A stretch of 64,000 nucleotides of DNA from Treponemataceae bacterium. GTDB taxonomy: Bacteria; Spirochaetota; Spirochaetia; Treponematales; Rectinemataceae. The stretch spans positions 384,001 to 448,000 of the forward strand of contig CAXXGJ010000038.1 of the NCBI GenBank assembly GCA_963677895.2. The letters run 5' to 3'. Below the pieces are notes generated by a model that saw only the letters and a list, made by a program, of their open reading frames with translations, had not been told where the DNA came from and did not search any database. Shown here piece after piece: positions 60,919 through 64,000 of this stretch; positions within the stretch are counted from its first letter, which is position 1; each line of letters starts with the position of its first letter. The position numbers were made by a program, and so were the translations under genes.

Positions 60919-62196
60919 ATGAATGACTTTTCCGATTTAGGCCTCAGCGCCGAACTGTCCGCCGCCTTTGGGACGCTCGGCTTTAAAATTCCCACCAAGG
61001 TCCAGCGCCTGGCGATACCCCGAATACTCCTCAAGAAAGATATCTTCCTTCAGTCCGAAACCGGAACAGGCAAGACCTTCGCCTACCTGGCCCCAGCCAT
61101 ATCCATGGTCAAGGGCATGAGTCCGTCGAAAGGCCCCCTCATCCTCGTGCTCTGCCCCACCCAGGAACTCGCGGTCCAGGTGGCCAAACAGGCCGAGATG
61201 CTCCTGACCGAGTCGCGCATCGCGATGAACGTCCTGGCACTCCTCGGAGGAAGCCCCCTCTCCCGCCAGGAAGACGCCCTCAAAAAGAAACCGCACATCG
61301 TCGTTGGCACGCCCGGAAGGACATCGGATCTCGTCAAGATGCGTTTCCTCAGGCTGGACAGCGTGAATTTCATCGTGCTGGACGAGGGCGACAGACTCTT
61401 CTCGACGGAATACAGGGAACAGGTGAACGGCATCCTCGGCGCGGCGTCGCCCGGCTCATGCAAAATTCTCGCGTCGGCGACTATATCGCCCAATACCCGC
61501 AAGCTCGCCAGAGTCTATATGAAGGACTCCGAATCCCTCGACCTCCTGGACGAGGGGGTTCTCACCCGCGACATCGAGCACTGGGTGTTCTATGTCGAGC
61601 ACCGCAAGCGGATAGACTTCATCCGCCGGCTTGAGGCGGCGATCAAGCCCAAGAAATGCCTTGTCTTCGCCTCGTCGGGCGACAGGGTGGCGAGAACCGC
61701 CGAACGCCTGGCCGAAATAGGCCTCCCCGCCGACTCGATCCTCGCGAAGCAGGAAAAAGAGCATCGCCGCGTAGCCATTGAGCGTTTCGAGAACGGTACC
61801 CTGCGCTACCTCGTGACCACCGATCTCGGCGCCAGGGGACTCGATATCGCCGGCATCACGCACATCATCAGCCTCGATTTCCCCGAGGAGAATTCCTGGT
61901 ACGTTCATAGGGCGGGAAGAACCGGCCGCGCGGGCGAAAAGGGCATCAGCATCATTCTGGCCGACGCCTGGGAAATAAGGAGCGCGTCCAGACTCGCCGT
62001 GGACAGGAATTTCGTCTTCAGGACCAAAAGACTCGAGGAAGGCCAGGTCGTCGAACCGCCTGTCGAGGAATTTTTCGCGATGGTCGAGAAGGGCGACGCC
62101 GAAAAAAAGGACTACAGGGAAAAGATGCGTTCGGAGCACAGAGAACCGACCCAGCGGAGACAGTATCCCCAGCGACGGGACGGCGACCAGCGATGA
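60919..62196 (+). CDS. DEAD/DEAH-box RNA helicase (motif II DEGD)
   Basis: Q motif PTKVQ, TGTGKT, PTQELA, GTPGR, DEGD, SAT, TDLGARGLD, HRAGRTGRAG. Confidence 0.93.
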   Translation: MNDFSDLGLSAELSAAFGTLGFKIPTKVQRLAIPRILLKKDIFLQSETGTGKTFAYLAPAISMVKGMSPSKGPLILVLCPTQELAVQVAKQAEMLLTESRIAMNVLALLGGSPLSRQEDALKKKPHIVVGTPGRTSDLVKMRFLRLDSVNFIVLDEGDRLFSTEYREQVNGILGAASPGSCKILASATISPNTRKLARVYMKDSESLDLLDEGVLTRDIEHWVFYVEHRKRIDFIRRLEAAIKPKKCLVFASSGDRVARTAERLAEIGLPADSILAKQEKEHRRVAIERFENGTLRYLVTTDLGARGLDIAGITHIISLDFPEENSWYVHRAGRTGRAGEKGISIILADAWEIRSASRLAVDRNFVFRTKRLEEGQVVEPPVEEFFAMVEKGDAEKKDYREKMRSEHREPTQRRQYPQRRDGDQR

Positions 62197-64000
62197 GCGA
62201 TACCACGAAAGCCGACATGATCCTGTCGTCCCTGAAAGAAGGCGCGATAATCCTCCCCTCGGTCCGGCGCGAAATGGCCAATCCGGCATGGGAGGAAGCC
62301 TCGGCGCGCATCCTCATCGTCCGGCTCTCGCCCTGGCGCGATGTCGACATCTCGACGCCTCACCTCGTGCTTTTCGACGAAATCCGTTCCGCCATGAAGG
62401 ATGCCTTCATCGATTTCGCCTTCCTGCCCACCGCGGCGGACCGGAAAGCGCTTTCATCGCAGAACCTGCCCTGGTTCTTCGGCCGCGCGTCCCGAAAATC
62501 GCCCCGCGATTTCGACATCGTCATGGTATCCAACGCCTTCGCCCTGGAACTCGTCAACCTTCCCTACCTCTTCACGACGTCAGGCCTGTCCATGTCGGCG
62601 GCTTCCCGTGCCCTCCTGGACGATCAGCCCATCTTCATCGCCGGCGGCTCGAACGCCTCGGCCATGGGATCCATTGTCCTCGAAGGCCTGGAGCGAAAGT
62701 ATCCGGCCCAGGACGCCTTCGTCGACGGCATCTTTTTCGGGGAGGGCGAGACGGCCATCGGAACGCTCGCCCAGGTCCTTTCGGGCGCCGATAGAAAAAA
62801 ATCCACCGCCAAGCAGCGGCTCGCCCGCCTCAAAAAGGCCGCGAAAATCGAGGGATTCTGGCCCTGCCTTCTGACCGAAGGCGCGAAGCGGGCGCTGGCT
62901 CCCCAGCGTCCTCATACGGTCACGAAGCCCCTCGTCCTCAACGGCCCCAGCGCCTCGAGCGCCAGACTTTCCATCACTTCGGGCTGCCCCGGCTATTGTT
63001 CCTTCTGCCTGGAGGGCTGGGACCGCCGGCCATACGCGGAAGCCGATATGGAAAGGCTCATCCAGGAAGCCCACGAACTCAGGAAAAGCACGGGCGCCGA
63101 GGATCTTGAGATCTACAGTTTCAACTTCAATACCCATTCGCGCATTTTCGACCTCATATTCGAGCTGAACCGTATTTTCAGAAGAGTATCCTTCATGAGT
63201 CAGCGCCTGGACATCCTCGTCGAGACCAGAGGGCTCATGGAATCGGAGCTGGCAGGAGGGAAGCACTCCTTCACCCTCGGTATCGAAGGCATTTCCGGAA
63301 CGATGCGCGCCTATTACCGGAAGGGACTCACGAACAAGACGATCGATGACTGTCTCAAGATGACGATCCGCCCCGGCGTCAAGGAACTGAAACTTTTCTA
63401 CATAATCGCGGGCACCGAAACGCCGGCCGACATCAACGAGTTCTCGGCCTTCATCGAAGGGGTGAAACGCAGGAAGGACTCGCAGTCCCCTTCCACCAGG
63501 ATTCTCGTCTCGGCCGGATTCCTGGTCAGGCTGCCCTTCACGCCGCTCCAGTACGCCCCCCTCGAATTCGACAGGGAAAAGCTCGTGCGCCTCGCCCTGC
63601 TTCTCCGCGAGGCCTGCGAACGCGTCGGCATAGAATTCAGGCTGGCTTCCGACGCCGAGGAATCATTCGTGGACCAGACGCTTTCGCTCGCCGGAAGCGC
63701 CGCCTATCGCTGGCTGGAAAAAATTCCCTCCATGGGCTTCGTCTACGACTTTTCGCTCGGCGAGGGGTCCTGGAAATCGCTGCGCCCCTATGCGCTGGGC
63801 AGGGATTCCGACGCATTTTTTCCGGCGGAGAAAACTTCGGAGTATCGCCCTCCTCTCGCCTTCCTCGAGGACGAAAGGAATTTCAAGGTTCTCCATAAAC
63901 ATTACATCGAGGCGAAGAGGCTGGACGACAGGTTCTCCTGTCTCGGCAAGGATTGCACCGGCTGCGGCGTCTGCGCGGACGGCGAGGAAAAAGAAGCGAT
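62193..64000 (+). CDS. Radical SAM protein (TIGR03960-like B12-binding/radical SAM group); runs off the right edge
   Basis: Not in ORF track. Open frame from ATG 62193: IAGGSNA, FVDGIFFGEGE, SITSGCPGYCSFC (CxxxCxxC), TLGIEG, PFTPLQ and C-terminal CLGKDCTGCGVC. Confidence 0.85.
   Translation, partial: MSDTTKADMILSSLKEGAIILPSVRREMANPAWEEASARILIVRLSPWRDVDISTPHLVLFDEIRSAMKDAFIDFAFLPTAADRKALSSQNLPWFFGRASRKSPRDFDIVMVSNAFALELVNLPYLFTTSGLSMSAASRALLDDQPIFIAGGSNASAMGSIVLEGLERKYPAQDAFVDGIFFGEGETAIGTLAQVLSGADRKKSTAKQRLARLKKAAKIEGFWPCLLTEGAKRALAPQRPHTVTKPLVLNGPSASSARLSITSGCPGYCSFCLEGWDRRPYAEADMERLIQEAHELRKSTGAEDLEIYSFNFNTHSRIFDLIFELNRIFRRVSFMSQRLDILVETRGLMESELAGGKHSFTLGIEGISGTMRAYYRKGLTNKTIDDCLKMTIRPGVKELKLFYIIAGTETPADINEFSAFIEGVKRRKDSQSPSTRILVSAGFLVRLPFTPLQYAPLEFDREKLVRLALLLREACERVGIEFRLASDAEESFVDQTLSLAGSAAYRWLEKIPSMGFVYDFSLGEGSWKSLRPYALGRDSDAFFPAEKTSEYRPPLAFLEDERNFKVLHKHYIEAKRLDDRFSCLGKDCTGCGVCADGEEKEA

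Overview
A GC-rich (about 60% by eye), gene-dense chromosomal window. It is most consistent with a free-living anaerobic spirochaete (Treponema/Rectinema-like), inferred from spirochaete-type OMP and lipoprotein genes, the RarA fusion and the V/A-ATPase neighbourhood. Most content is housekeeping: htrA (truncated), map, nusB, a complete V/A-type ATPase operon, the gap-pgk-(cysE)-tpiA-secG region, PBP1A, folC, tldD/tldE, asnS, dacA, an Rrf2-iscS-iscU-mutY operon, a two-gene FAD/Fe-S amino-acid oxidoreductase facing a Liv-type ABC transporter, murD, rnz, a DEAD-box-like helicase and a truncated radical SAM gene. I found no tRNA, rRNA, CRISPR array, integrase or transposase. tpiA, pgk and rarA carry single-base frameshifts that are probably assembly errors. 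A 1.6 kb AT-rich islet carries a WYL regulator and a cysteine hydrolase, with a clear operator between them. No system is demonstrably novel from sequence alone. The best candidates for follow-up are a small beta-barrel coupled to a lipid-anchored metacaspase, the WYL islet, an unannotated gluzincin-motif lipoprotein, a pseudo-HAD protein and a possible RNA-processing cluster at the right end. All family assignments are by motif recognition, not database search.
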